The notes under the pieces were generated by a model. It was not told the origin of the DNA. It worked only from the letters and a program-made list of their open reading frames with translations, and did not search any database. From Octopus bimaculoides (taxonomy: Eukaryota): a stretch of 64,000 bases of DNA. Made by a program: the position numbers and the translations under genes. Shown here in pieces: positions 23,876 to 35,646 of this stretch (position 1 is the first letter of the stretch; the number at the start of each line of letters is the position of its first letter). The stretch lies in assembly GCF_001194135.2 (NCBI RefSeq), contig NC_068985.1:29791388-29855387 (forward strand). Reading direction: 5' to 3'.

Positions 23876-24478
23876 TACAACCATTTTCTATATATTAGTG
23901 GTATTGGGTCAAAGAGAGTAATCATTATTACTATAACTGATAACATTGTTGAAGACTTGGTCTTTTGATTTGTCTGTACCAAATACAGTGTCATTCAATC
24001 CTGTTAGAAACAGCAGCCAAATCTATCCCAACCCACATTCCACCATCTTCAAAGAAGAAAGGACACATTAGATAATTTAGTTCTATATGTTGCCATTAAA
24101 AAGATGGGGCAGTCTAGCCCTCATCATAGCTTTACTCAGAGTCTACTTGATGGTTAAGCAACATGTTAAACAATACCAGGTTTTACAGCAATTTTTAAAA
24201 TTCTTTATTGCCCACAAGGGGCTAAACATAGAGGGGACAAACAAGGACAGACAAAGGGACTAAGTCGATTACATCGACCCCAGTGCGTAATTGGTACTTA
24301 TTTAATCGACCCCTCAAAGGATGAAAGGCAAAGTTAACCTTGGCAGAATTTGAACTCAGAACGTAGCGGCAGACGAAATACCGTTTAGCATTTCGCCCAG
24401 CGTGTTAACGATTCTACCAGTTCTCCGCCTAATTAATCTATGCAAATATATATCTGTGTGTGTGTGTGTGTGTGTATA

Positions 24479-25678
24479 TTGGGTCATCCCATAAATAATG
24501 CGTTTTTTTCAATTGCATGAACTAAAACTCAGAGGGGCACAGGATAAACTACCTGCATCAACTTGTTATAAAAGCAGGTAGTAATTTTATTTTGTACTTA
24601 TTCTTAGTGCAAGTTTTGAAGAGTGCAGTTCGATTTTAATAGTTATTTTTTTAAAGCTATAACGGAAGTGACAAAGGAGCATATTCGGCATATTTTGCTT
24701 TATGAGTTCAATAAAGGTAACAACGCAACCGAATGTGTGAGGAATATTAATGCAGTATCTGGGGATCTGAGAATAAGCATAAGCCAGTGTCAATGGTGGT
24801 TCCAGAAATTCTAAGCAGAAACTACAACCTAGAAGACAAGCCGTATCCTGGAAGATCTGTAGAGAATAACGAGGACATCCTGCAAACTCTAATGGAACAA
24901 GATCCATTCTAACTAGCAGAGAAGCTTGGATTTGGTCATTCAACCATTCATTGACACCTGCGTGCCATCGGAAAAGTCAGAAAATTGGGTCAATAAGTTC
25001 CTCACAAACTTTCCGAGTTAAAATCGTGTGCAGAGAGTGAATGTGTGCTCTTCTTTGCTATCACATCTCACAAATGAACCTTTTTTGGACCAAATAGTGA
25101 CTGGTGACGAGAAATGGGTTCTCTATAAAAATGTCAAGTGCTGAAGACAGTGGGAAGGGAAAGGTATTGTTATTTGTTTGGTGGGATATGAAGGGTTTAG
25201 TCCACTTTGAACTTTTAAACCCAAATCAAATGATAACAAAGGAGATCTATTGTGAGAAGAAAAACGACCATCTTTGGTTTCAAGATGAAAGGTGTTCTTC
25301 CATCAGGATAATGCTTGGCCACACACAGTAAGGATGACATTCCAAAAGCTGGAACAGTTTGAATGGGAAACGATGCCCCACCCACCATATTTACTGGACA
25401 TTGCCCCAACTGATTATCATTTATTTTGCAGTCTTCAAAATCATTTGGACAGTAAAAATACAAATTCTGTAGACCAGGTCAGAACAGTACTAGAGGAGTA
25501 CTTTTCATCATGGACAAGTGAATTTTGGAACAGGGACCTTGCAAGTTTACCAGATAGATAGAAGAGCATTGTAGAAAATGAAGAAGAGTATATCTCAGAT
25601 TAAAAAAGAACTTTGTTTATTTTAATTTAAAAAAATAAATGACATATAAAAAACCTCATTATTTATGAGATGACCCAA
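24479..25678 (+). mobile_element. Second mariner family, full extent, degenerate with internal deletion
   Basis: TIRs ttgggtcatcccataaataatgcg and cattatttatgagatgacccaa; KEHIRHILLYEFNKG, IVTGDEKW, HQDNAWPH and DIAPTDYHLFCSLQNHL motifs. Confidence 0.94.
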
Positions 25679-26360
25679 AATATTAGCTATTACCACCAGC
25701 TTCCCATGGCACCACAGGTTGTTCAGTCAATATTATTCTACATTGATTTGACTGATTTCCTGTCTGGCATTTGGGTTGGCTAGCTGCCACTGATAATCTA
25801 CAATATGGTTAAATCACACGATACAGTAGTGTCATCCACTGGTGTACTGATGAAATTTCATCAACTAATAATAGAACTTCTATGCTTTTTAGCATGATTT
25901 TTCGGGATGTTTACCACAGTCTAAGATGTTATAAACAACACATCCAGGTTAGTTGAGATGTATTAAGTAACATTATATATATATATGCTTTAGATGACTT
26001 GTCAAACCAAGTGAAATCAAAGATGTGGTTGGTGCTGGGGACATGTAAAAGGCACCCACTACACTCTTGGTGTGGTTGGCATTAGGAAGGGCATCCAGAT
26101 GTAGAAACTAAGCCAAATGTAGACTGGAACCTGGTGCAGCACTCCAACTTACCAGTTTCAATCAAGTTGTCTAACCCATGCCAGCATGGAAAGTGGAAGT
26201 TAAATGATGATGATGATATATATAAAGACTATTTTTAGGGGTGAAGAAATATTGTCAGAAAAGAGGAGAAAGATACAGCAAGTGAGAGGTAGCAACTGAA
26301 TGAACCATCTATAAAACCAGTAAAAAGTAAAAACAAATAAGAAAGAAAAAAAGAACTTAC

Positions 26361-27425
26361 TCGCTTCTCACAAGGTTTTGAATGTTGTAAATAATGAAGT
26401 CCTGTTTCTCCAATACCATTATGACATTCTCTGATGTTTTCTTCAAATTTCGTAATCACATCTTGCATATCATAAATACAGACTGCACTATAAGGTACAG
26501 GTGCATCTGACTGTAGCTTGCCCATGGCAAATGCAACATACAACTTCCCACCACTTTCTTTTGATAAGTAACCAGCTTGGGCAAGATTGTACAACTTACT
26601 GCCACGACGACACTCCAAACGAACTTCTACATAAGACTCGAACTTCTTGTCCTTCTGACAGATCCGAGCTAGTTTTGTGACATGTGGGGAGTTTTGGTCT
26701 TTTGTGCGTGGCTGGGTTGTGATGAAGTAAACAAAACCTCCATGTGAGAATGCATGAACAGGGTTCACGAAATGCCGTGTTCGGTACTTGGGTAGGACAG
26801 TAACCTTACTGCTTCCAGATGCATCTCTATATGTGAACTCCAGAGTTTGCAGGTTTCGACTGCTGATAGAGGGCACAAGGTCACGGTAGCGCTTGTTTCC
26901 ATGGTTACTGTAGCGTGAAGCAACATAAAGAGCATCACCATTTGGTCCTGGTGCAGTGAGGAATACAGTTGAGCTGTCTTCATGATTTGATACAATAGGT
27001 TTTGGCATCTGTTCATCAACAGCAGTGACATTACTCAGCTTCCGGACATGACAGGCACCATGGAACAAGGACAGACAGACGATAATTGAGTCACGACTGT
27101 AATCAAATGCTAACCCCTGATTGTGGCTGTTTGTACTTTTCTTTTGTTCTTTGCAAGGTAAAAGTGGAGGTGGGCATTTGGGGTTGTCATCAGCAGGGCC
27201 TGTGATGACATTTTCCATCAGTTTCAAATCAGCAGATAATTTAAATAAATTATTAACAGCACCAACGTAAAGCTCTCCTGTTTCATTATGCATGATCATT
27301 CGCTCAAGTGGGTGCTCAAAAGGGTCACGGAACGTCCTTTCTATTACCATGGCATCAAGTACAGTTCCAAGACAGACGAGGGTCATCCAGCAACAGAGAA
27401 CAGCTTCTCTGTTGATAAGGGACAT
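26361..27425 (-). CDS. PLXN: Plexin coding exon 1: signal peptide plus most of the Sema domain (355 codons)
   Basis: ATG at 27425 preceded by an in-frame TAA; hydrophobic N-terminus; TGELYVGAVNNLFKLS, SYVEVRLEC and SAVCIY motifs; donor cga|gtaagt at 26361; acceptor cttttcag| at 27450 gives a 24-nt leader. Confidence 0.96.
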
Positions 27426-28559
27426 TTTCAAATAATGTTAAAGTTCAGTCTGAAAAGAGAAAAAACAACAAAGCACCATATGAGTAAAGTATATACTGAT
27501 ATTATTCATCATTAAATTCGTCATCATTGTCATTATCATTAATACCAGCATGCATACATTAAATAAACACACATGGAGATGAGGTGGAAAGAGAAAGTGA
27601 AACTAGAGTATTTGTTCCATATTTATGACATATCTGAAAACAGATATGTTTTGTTGTAAATGTGTATATGTGTCTGTGTGTGTATGTACATACACACACA
27701 CACACACACACTCACAGGCATAGTTGTATGGTTAAGAAGTTTGCAATCATATGGTTTCAGGCTTATTCTCACTGTGCAGCACCTTGGATAAGTGTTGCCT
27801 ATTGCGACTATGGGCCAATTAAAGCCTTGTGAGTTAATTACATAGACAGAGACTGAGCAGAAGCTCATAGTATATGTGTATGCATGTGTATGTGTTTCTA
27901 TCTCACTATTTGGCAACTGGTGTTAGTTTGTTCGCATCCCCACAGTGTAACTGTTGAACAAAAAGAGACCAATAAATATGCACTAGACTTCAAAAATAAG
28001 TACAAGGAGTGATTTGATTAGGTAAACCAGTTAAAGCATTGCTCCAGCATGGCTGCAGTCCAGTAACAGAAACAAGTAAAAGCATAAAAATAATTTTGTT
28101 TTCCAGTCACATGCTTTCTGATTTTAGCTCCACTGTGCAGCATCTTGGGTAAAGTTTGTCCACTGTAGCATTGGGTCAATCAAAGCTTTGAGTAGATTTG
28201 ATGGACAGAAACTGAAAAAGAAGTGTATGTGTATGCATGCGTGTATGGTGAATATGTGTGTTTGCATACACGAGTGTTTGTCTTTGAGCAGTGTTACTAT
28301 TGGCAGATCCCCTGTTACTAAATTGTCTAGTGGCTTCGTGCCTTTGGAAAAGTATGCAATAAAAGATTTTTTACTTGAAAAAAAAACAGATAAGGGTTAG
28401 TATCAGGAGGGGTATCCAACTGTAAAACAATACCTCAATGACATATTAGTTTAACCCAAGCTAGCATGGCAGAAATCAGATGTCTCTACTCTCCTGTATT
28501 TGTACATCTCTACACACTCCAAGGAACCACATGTAACCCATGGCACCTCACACACCCAT

Positions 28560-28830
28560 ATCTCCCCCTATACAGATATCCTCCTATACATGCACACCAC
28601 CCTACCTCATCCTCCCTTCCAAACTCTACCCCATAGAACCACATTCCATTCAGCTTTTAACCCCTTTCTCCTTTTTTCTCTGCTACCACCTTTTCTTAAT
28701 TTTTGATTTTTCCTGATGAAGGACTAGCATCTGAAACGTCAAGACTCTTTCTCTTCCTTTTAAGCATTCAACTTTGTTGAAGCTTAATCTTCACATGTTG
28801 TCTTCGTTTTTTGTGTTAATTGCTAAATGT
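28560..28830 (+). mobile_element. Probable Penelope-like element terminus with hammerhead-like motif; homologous terminus at about 46265-46500
   Basis: Pyrimidine-rich flanks around ctgatgaaggactagcatctgaaacgtc. The second copy has ccgacgaagggttctgcccgaaacatc and similar downstream sequence. Confidence 0.55.
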
Positions 28831-30319
28831 ATAAAAGGTTTGAAAAACAATATCAAAACATATAGTACTTGATGCAAAAATGTAGAATGATGTATATATA
28901 TAGAGAAAATGTAAAATGAATTAGTGATCACACTGTAGTTACAAATTATTTCATGTTACAAAAATATTTCATCAGACCATATTTATTCAACCATCATCTG
29001 AAAATCCTTTCTTGTCAATCATCTGCAGATTGGAACAAGAAACTCGTACTAATGTTCTGTAAAGTTTTCAGCTTCCAATGGTTCTGAGTTCAGTCCCACT
29101 ATGGGACACCTTGGGTAAGTGTCTTCTATAGCCTCAGGCTGACCAAAGCTTTGTGAGTGGATTTGGTAGATGGAAACTGTTTGTGTCTGTGTTTGTCCCC
29201 CACCATTGCTTGACAACCGATGTTAACCCCAACCCTAACCCATAACTTAGCAGCTTGGCAAAAGAGACCAATAGAATAAGTGGTAGGCTTACAAAGAATA
29301 AGTCTTGGAGTTGATTTCTTTGACTAAGAAAAAAGTCTTTAAAGGTAAATGGCTGAAACAAGTAAAAAATTAAAAGAAGTGGCTATGTGGTAAGTAGCTT
29401 GCTTACCAACCACATGGTTCTGGGTTCAGTCCCACTGCGTGGTACTTTGGGCAAGTGTCTTCTACTATAGCCTCGGGCTGACCAAAGCCTTGTGAGTGGA
29501 TTTGGTAGACAGAAATTGAAAGAAGCCCGTTGTATATATNNNNNNNNNNNNNNNNNNNNNNNNNNNNNNNNNNNNNNNNNNNNNNNNNNNNNNNNNNNNN
29601 NNNNNNNNNNNNNNNNNNNNNNNNNNNNNNNNNNNNNNNNNNNNNNNNNNNNNNNNNNNNNNNNNNNNNNNNNNNNNNNNNNNNNNNNNNNNNNNNNNNN
29701 NNNNNNNNNNNNNNNNNNNNNNNNNNNNNNNNNNNNNNNNNNNNNNNNNNNNNNNNNNNNNNNNNNNNNNNNNNNNNNNNNNNNNNNNNNNNNNNNNNNN
29801 NNNNNNNNNNNNNNNNNNNNNNNNNNNNNNNNNNNNNNNNNNNNNNNNNNNNNNNNNNNNNNNNNNNNNNNNNNNNNNNNNNNNNNNNNNGATTCTTGAT
29901 ACACACAAAAAAAAAAAAAGGGAAAAAATGTCACTTGTGGTATATTTTTGATCATAGGTTTTGCTGGGTCAGCACTGACTAAGGATTAAATGATGACTTC
30001 CCTGACCGAGATTTTAAGAATAGAAACATTTTTCAGGGGAGCTACAGTTTATCTACATTTTGGACAGAGGAGGGGGAGGAGAGGAAATACAAACCCTCAA
30101 CACATACACATTCCACACACATAGAAGTACAAGCTATCAACACATACATATTCATAAAAACAAATAGAAGACATATACACATATATTGTACATACAAAGA
30201 AACAAAGAGAAAAAAAAACACATGCAGAAAAATAGTTCCTTTATATATCAAAAGGAAGACAACAACAATAACAACAGAAATAAAATCAGCTGCTCTGTTT
30301 CTAGAACATCCAAAACAGG

Positions 30320-30965
30320 AAATTATGTATTGCGGATGATGATGGTGGTGGTGGTGGTGGTGGGGATGATGATGATGATGATAATGATAATGGAGATAGT
30401 AGTTGTGCTAATGATGATGACAATAATAATGACGAAGGTAATGATAATAAGGATAATGATGATGAAAATAACGATGGTGGTTGATGGTAACGGCAATGGT
30501 TGTGCAGATATGAAGGCAATAATAATGGCTGAGTGAACTTATGACCAAAGGCATTCTAGCAATAGCCATCCTGTCATTTTTTTACATCAAGAGACTACAT
30601 TGGGACAAATGTCCTTGTTTATTCAAAATAGAAGAATGTGGTTTCGAGGGTGATTTGGTTGCTAATCTAATATGTCAAGTGACCATGCCGAGGATTCTTT
30701 GCTGATAGTAGTGGTGGTGGAGGTGGTAATCGTAGTGTAATGGTTGTGTTGATCATGATATTGATGATTGTGGTTGATGATGATGATGATGATGGGAGTG
30801 ACGATGCACTGTCATAGCTGCTATTTCTATGATTGGAACTAGCTATCGTAAACATCATTGCATTTTGTTTATCACTGTGTAGTAGTGGTAGTGGTGGTGG
30901 TGGTGGTGGTGGTAGAGGCAGAAGTAGTAGTAGTAGTAGTAGCAGCAGCTGCTGCTACTGTGGTA
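30320..30965. repeat. Compound trinucleotide simple-repeat region (GAT/GGT/AGT/AGC); similar regions at 60760-60980 and 63060-63270
   Basis: Direct inspection; explains the poly-M/V/D/T ORFs in the track. Confidence 0.9.
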
Positions 30966-31297
30966 GTGCTACACATGTTCTTTCTGTACTCAATGACCAG
31001 CAATAAGATGCATTACATTCATCAAATTCTAACTTTGTATCAACACACACTGCAATTCATACATTCTTATTGCAGCTTCTGTTTAAACAGATGTTGTTGC
31101 TGGTGCTGTTGGTCTTTTTGTTTGGTTTTGTTACATGTTTAAAAAGAAGGCAAAAACAAAATGCATGCAGAGTGAGAGGGCCACAAATATAAAAAAAATG
31201 AAATAAAAAAAAAAGAAAGAAAATCTAACATATGCACTTAATGTGGTGCAGACATCAAATAGTAAAATTTATAAGCATGTATGTATTATATAACCAT

Positions 31298-31678
31298 GGA
31301 GGCGCAATGGCCCAGTAGTTAGGGCAGCGGATTCGCGGTCATAGGATCGCGGTTTCGATTCCCAGACCGGGCGTTGTGAGTGTTTATTGAACGAAAACAC
31401 CTAAAAGCTCCACGAGGCTCCGGCAGGGGATGGTGGCGAACCCTGCTGTACTCTTTCACCACAACTTTCTCTCACTCTTTCTTCCTGTTTCTGTTGTACC
31501 TGTATTTCAAAGGGCCAGCCTTGTCACACTGTGTCACGCTGGATATCCCCGAGAACTACGTTAAGGGTACACGTGTCTGTGAAATGCTCAGCCACTTGCA
31601 TGTTAATTTCATGAGCAGGCTGTTCCGTTGATAGGATCGACTGGAACCCTCGACGTCGTAAGTGACGGAGTGCCAACA
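31298..31678 (+). mobile_element. Full-length tRNA-derived SINE with 12-bp TSD
   Basis: Head ggaggcgcaatggcccagtagttagg...ggtttcgattccc (A and B boxes); TSD attatataacca at 31285-31296 and 31679-31690; highly similar to 59355-59742. Confidence 0.93.
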
Positions 31679-31691
31679 ATTATATAACCAC

Positions 31692-32030
31692 AAGGCACAT
31701 GGCTCAGTGGTTAGAGTGTCGGGATCACAATCATGAAGTAGTGAGTTTGATTACTGGACTGGGCTGTGAGTTGTATTCTTGAGCAAGACACTTTATTTCA
31801 CGTTGCTCCAGTTTACTCAACTGTAGAAATGAGTTGTGATGTCACCTGTGCCAAGCTGTATTGGCCTTTGCTTTTCCCTTGGACAACATAGCTGGTATGG
31901 ACAGGGTAGGCTGGTATGCATGGGCAACTGATGGTCTTCCATAAACAACCTTGCCCAGACTTGTGCCTAGGAGGCTAATTTTCTAGGTGCAATCCCATGG
32001 TCATTCATGACCAGGTGTCTTTACCCCTTT
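31692..32030 (+). mobile_element. tRNA-head SINE with CORE-like domain; related copies about 37385-37625(+), 42128-42435(+), 42590-42735(-), 51720-51980(-), 52384-52610(+)
   Basis: Head ggctcagtggttagag...; central cttgagcaagacactttatttcacgttgctccagtttactcaactgtagaaatgag resembles the MIR/CORE domain. Confidence 0.8.
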
Positions 32031-32426
32031 TTTTATATACACAAGGTGCAGTTCTTGTTGCAGCATGACAGCTTATGTGCCTCAGTGACCCTGAGAGCAA
32101 TGCCAGTAGAGTGGAAGCTCTTAGTAGGGCCGCCCATGCTGGACAGGTCAACGGTTAGAGGCTAGACTATTATGGATCACCTCTACCCAAAAGTAAAAAC
32201 GGGTTTGCATTAAGCCAACAACCCTACCTAGATAAAAGTCAAGTTACAGAAGCATTGATGACAATTCAAAACCAATGAGATCTGGGAGATGGAGGCCTTC
32301 CCCCAGGGATACAAACGTATAATACCATTGAGGGAGAGGTTAAAAAGTAGGGATCTAACTGGAAAAGAACAGAAAAAAAACAGCCCAGGGTTGAGAACAA
32401 TGGAGTCATCAATCATCAACAGCTTA

Positions 32427-32427
<1 letters not shown>

Positions 32428-32494
<67 letters not shown>
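32428..32494. repeat. (AAT)n microsatellite
   Basis: About 22 units directly 5' of the Dong/R4 fragment. Confidence 0.97.
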
Positions 32495-32497
<3 letters not shown>

Positions 32498-32745
32498 TCT
32501 GACATAGAAAGGCTATATATACAACGCACAGAAGGTGGCAGGGGTCTTATACAGCTAGAAAACTATTATAAAATAACCACCATAGGACTGCAAAAATACC
32601 TACTCCAGAAGCAAGGGAAACTAATACAAATAGCCACAAAACACGAGCAAAACAAAAAACTGTTTTCAGTATTTAAGGAAGCTGACAAATACAAACAAGA
32701 AATCAATCTACCTAACAAATACGAAGAAGAAGAAGAAGATGAAAC
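32495..32745 (+). mobile_element. Dong/R4-clade LINE fragment with uninterrupted frame, running into the 925-nt gap
   Basis: 83 open codons KSDIERLYIQRTEGGRGLIQLENYYK...; the RLY..R.EGGRGL motif follows the RT domain in R4/Dong elements; (AAT)n resumes after the gap. Confidence 0.85.
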
Positions 32746-33670
32746 NNNNNNNNNNNNNNNNNNNNNNNNNNNNNNNNNNNNNNNNNNNNNNNNNNNNNNN
32801 NNNNNNNNNNNNNNNNNNNNNNNNNNNNNNNNNNNNNNNNNNNNNNNNNNNNNNNNNNNNNNNNNNNNNNNNNNNNNNNNNNNNNNNNNNNNNNNNNNNN
32901 NNNNNNNNNNNNNNNNNNNNNNNNNNNNNNNNNNNNNNNNNNNNNNNNNNNNNNNNNNNNNNNNNNNNNNNNNNNNNNNNNNNNNNNNNNNNNNNNNNNN
33001 NNNNNNNNNNNNNNNNNNNNNNNNNNNNNNNNNNNNNNNNNNNNNNNNNNNNNNNNNNNNNNNNNNNNNNNNNNNNNNNNNNNNNNNNNNNNNNNNNNNN
33101 NNNNNNNNNNNNNNNNNNNNNNNNNNNNNNNNNNNNNNNNNNNNNNNNNNNNNNNNNNNNNNNNNNNNNNNNNNNNNNNNNNNNNNNNNNNNNNNNNNNN
33201 NNNNNNNNNNNNNNNNNNNNNNNNNNNNNNNNNNNNNNNNNNNNNNNNNNNNNNNNNNNNNNNNNNNNNNNNNNNNNNNNNNNNNNNNNNNNNNNNNNNN
33301 NNNNNNNNNNNNNNNNNNNNNNNNNNNNNNNNNNNNNNNNNNNNNNNNNNNNNNNNNNNNNNNNNNNNNNNNNNNNNNNNNNNNNNNNNNNNNNNNNNNN
33401 NNNNNNNNNNNNNNNNNNNNNNNNNNNNNNNNNNNNNNNNNNNNNNNNNNNNNNNNNNNNNNNNNNNNNNNNNNNNNNNNNNNNNNNNNNNNNNNNNNNN
33501 NNNNNNNNNNNNNNNNNNNNNNNNNNNNNNNNNNNNNNNNNNNNNNNNNNNNNNNNNNNNNNNNNNNNNNNNNNNNNNNNNNNNNNNNNNNNNNNNNNNN
33601 NNNNNNNNNNNNNNNNNNNNNNNNNNNNNNNNNNNNNNNNNNNNNNNNNNNNNNNNNNNNNNNNNNNNNA
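32746..33670. other. Assembly gap (others: 19782-19920, 29540-29890, 40260-40269, 46423-46432, 48794-48964, 50597-50690, 58635-58686)
   Basis: N runs; all poly-X ORFs in the track are artefacts of these. Confidence 0.99.
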
Positions 33671-34735
33671 TAATAATAATAATGGTTTCAAATTTTGGCA
33701 CAAGGCCAGCAATTCCAGGGAGGGGATAAGTCTATTATATTGACCCCAGTGTTCAACTGGTACTTATTTTAACAACCCTGAAAGGATGAAAGGCAAAGTT
33801 GACCTTGGCAGATTTGAACTCAGAACAGGAAGATGGACGAAATGCTGCTAAGCACTTCACCTGGCATGCTAACGATTCTGCCAGCTCGCCACCTGATGAT
33901 GATAATAATAATCCTTTCTATTATAGGCACAAGGCCTGAAATTTGGGAGAGAGGGACAGTCAATTACATCGACTCCAGTACTCAACTGGTACTTATTTTA
34001 TCAACCCCAAAAGGATGAAAGGCAAAGTCGACCCCAACAGCATTTGAACTCAGAGCATTTCACCAGGCATGCTAACAATTCTGCCAGCTCACTGCCTTAA
34101 TAATAATAATAATAAGGATAATAATAACAATAACAATAATCACTGGCTCTCATGGCTTCTGTTCTTAACTGATTAGAAGTGTTATCATATACATGTTTTG
34201 TCTTGGTATAAAAGATGGGATACAGTAAATATTCTGTTCACTACCACAGATTTGCTTGTCAGTCATTTGACCAAAGTGTTATTATGTACATATTTTGTTT
34301 TGGTATAAAAGAGGGGTTACAACAAATATTCTGCTCAATATCACAGATCTGCTTGTCAATTGTTTGACTGTAACCAGTTGAGCATGTGTGTTTCATTCAA
34401 CATCCTTAAACAACCCTAATTCAGGAACCTTTTGAGCAGGCTGGGCTACTTGACCGGAAGAAAACTGGGCCCCACCTGCGAGGTCATGCACTGTTTATCT
34501 CGATATGACATCACCATGTCGTGCACATATGGTTGTGATGCATGCACCTGGTGTACCTTTACCAGGTGGTCATGATGAGTATGCAGGGCTTCGTATATTT
34601 TACCCCAGTGTCACTTTGATGGCATGCACTGCTCTCTCACTCAATAATAATATATTATATATAAGTACATATCTATTTGAGTTGATCAAAGTCTTGTGAC
34701 TGGATTTGGTAGAGGGAAACTGAAAGAAGTCCATC

Positions 34736-34788
<53 letters not shown>

Positions 34789-35257
34789 TCTTGCATTGTC
34801 TTCACATGCAATGAAATTATAAATAAATGTCACCATTAGAGAAGCAGTATCCTTTGCTTCCAATCTTCAGTGAAAACATGTCCAGCTATGGGGAAATATC
34901 ACATTGATTCCAAGCAACAAATGAAGGTTGGCAACAGGAAGAAAATCTGCCTCAGTTAATTCTATCTGACCCTAATCCATATAAATATGGCGAAGTGGAC
35001 ACTAAAGCAACAACCATGGCATTGATATAAAAACACACACACACACACACACAAACATTCAGAAATGTGTGGACCTCAAGCACAAACCATCATCACTACC
35101 ACCAGTAGCACTATTGCCCAAAGTGTTGAGAAGAGATGGTTTTATATAATAATGGCTTCCTTACCTCCAAGATGTTGATGGAAGTAGTGGTGGTGGTGTT
35201 GGATGAGGATGACTGAATTTGGAAAGATTTTGGTAATATATATATAATATATATATA

Positions 35258-35428
35258 GGCGCGGGAGTGGCTGTGTGGTAAGTAGCTTGCTTACCAACCA
35301 CATGGTTCTGGGATCAGTCCCACTGCGTGGCACCTTGGGTAAGTGTCTTCTATTATAGCCTCTCGCCGACCAAAGCCTTGTGAGTGGATTTAGTAAACGG
35401 AAACTGAAAGAAGCCCGTCATATATATG

Positions 35429-35463
<35 letters not shown>

Positions 35464-35646
35464 ATATGTTTGTGTGTTTGTCCCCCCCGCCCAACATCGC
35501 TTGACAACCAATGCTGGTGTGTTTAAATCCCCATAACTTAGCGGTTCGGCAAAAGAGCCTGATAGAATAAGTCCTGGGGTCGATTTGCTTGACTAGAGGC
35601 GGTGCTCCAGCATGGCCGCAGTCAAATGAGTGAAACAAGTAAAAGA
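35258..35646 (+). mobile_element. Abundant tRNA-derived SINE with an internal (TA)n(TG)n tract; copies about 27718-28085(+), 29075-29370(+), 29378-29540(+), 38130-38470(-), 50145-50290(+), 50825-51100(+), 54450-54830(+), 58150-58545(-), 61665-61810(+), 62610-62750(+, 3' part)
   Basis: Head ggctgtgtggtaag...gggttcagtccc, body caccttgggcaagtgtcttctactatagcc...ggaaactgaaagaagcccg, tail ...gcagtcaaatgactgaaacaagtaaaaga. Confidence 0.9.

Larger units (their letters stand above)
562..27449 (-). other. PLXN: Plexin gene, partial model (13 coding exons; 3' part lies beyond the left edge, non-coding 5' exon(s) not located)
   Basis: Thirteen exons joined by GT-AG introns with consistent phases give one open frame of 2636 nt: signal peptide-Sema-PSI-PSI-PSI-IPT, the plexin ectodomain order. 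A versus B subfamily not resolved by eye. Confidence 0.95.

Noticed and set aside
25848-25863. Perfect 16-bp palindrome tgatgaaatttcatca
   Set aside because: Single AT-rich palindrome with no context; it has CTGATGA but no matching hammerhead second half.
27348-27353. Met26 in a gccATGg context as an alternative start lacking the signal peptide
   Set aside because: Purely speculative; the first ATG already has A at -3.
26235-27431. ORF-track 398-aa protein as a stand-alone or secreted Sema-only product
   Set aside because: The track starts at a TTG and reads through a perfect GTAAGT donor at 26360 into low-complexity intron sequence; the spliced model fits better. No evidence for intron retention.
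31298-31375. tRNA-like sequences at SINE heads as tRNA genes
   Set aside because: They continue into shared SINE bodies with tails and TSDs and lack a complete cloverleaf acceptor stem.
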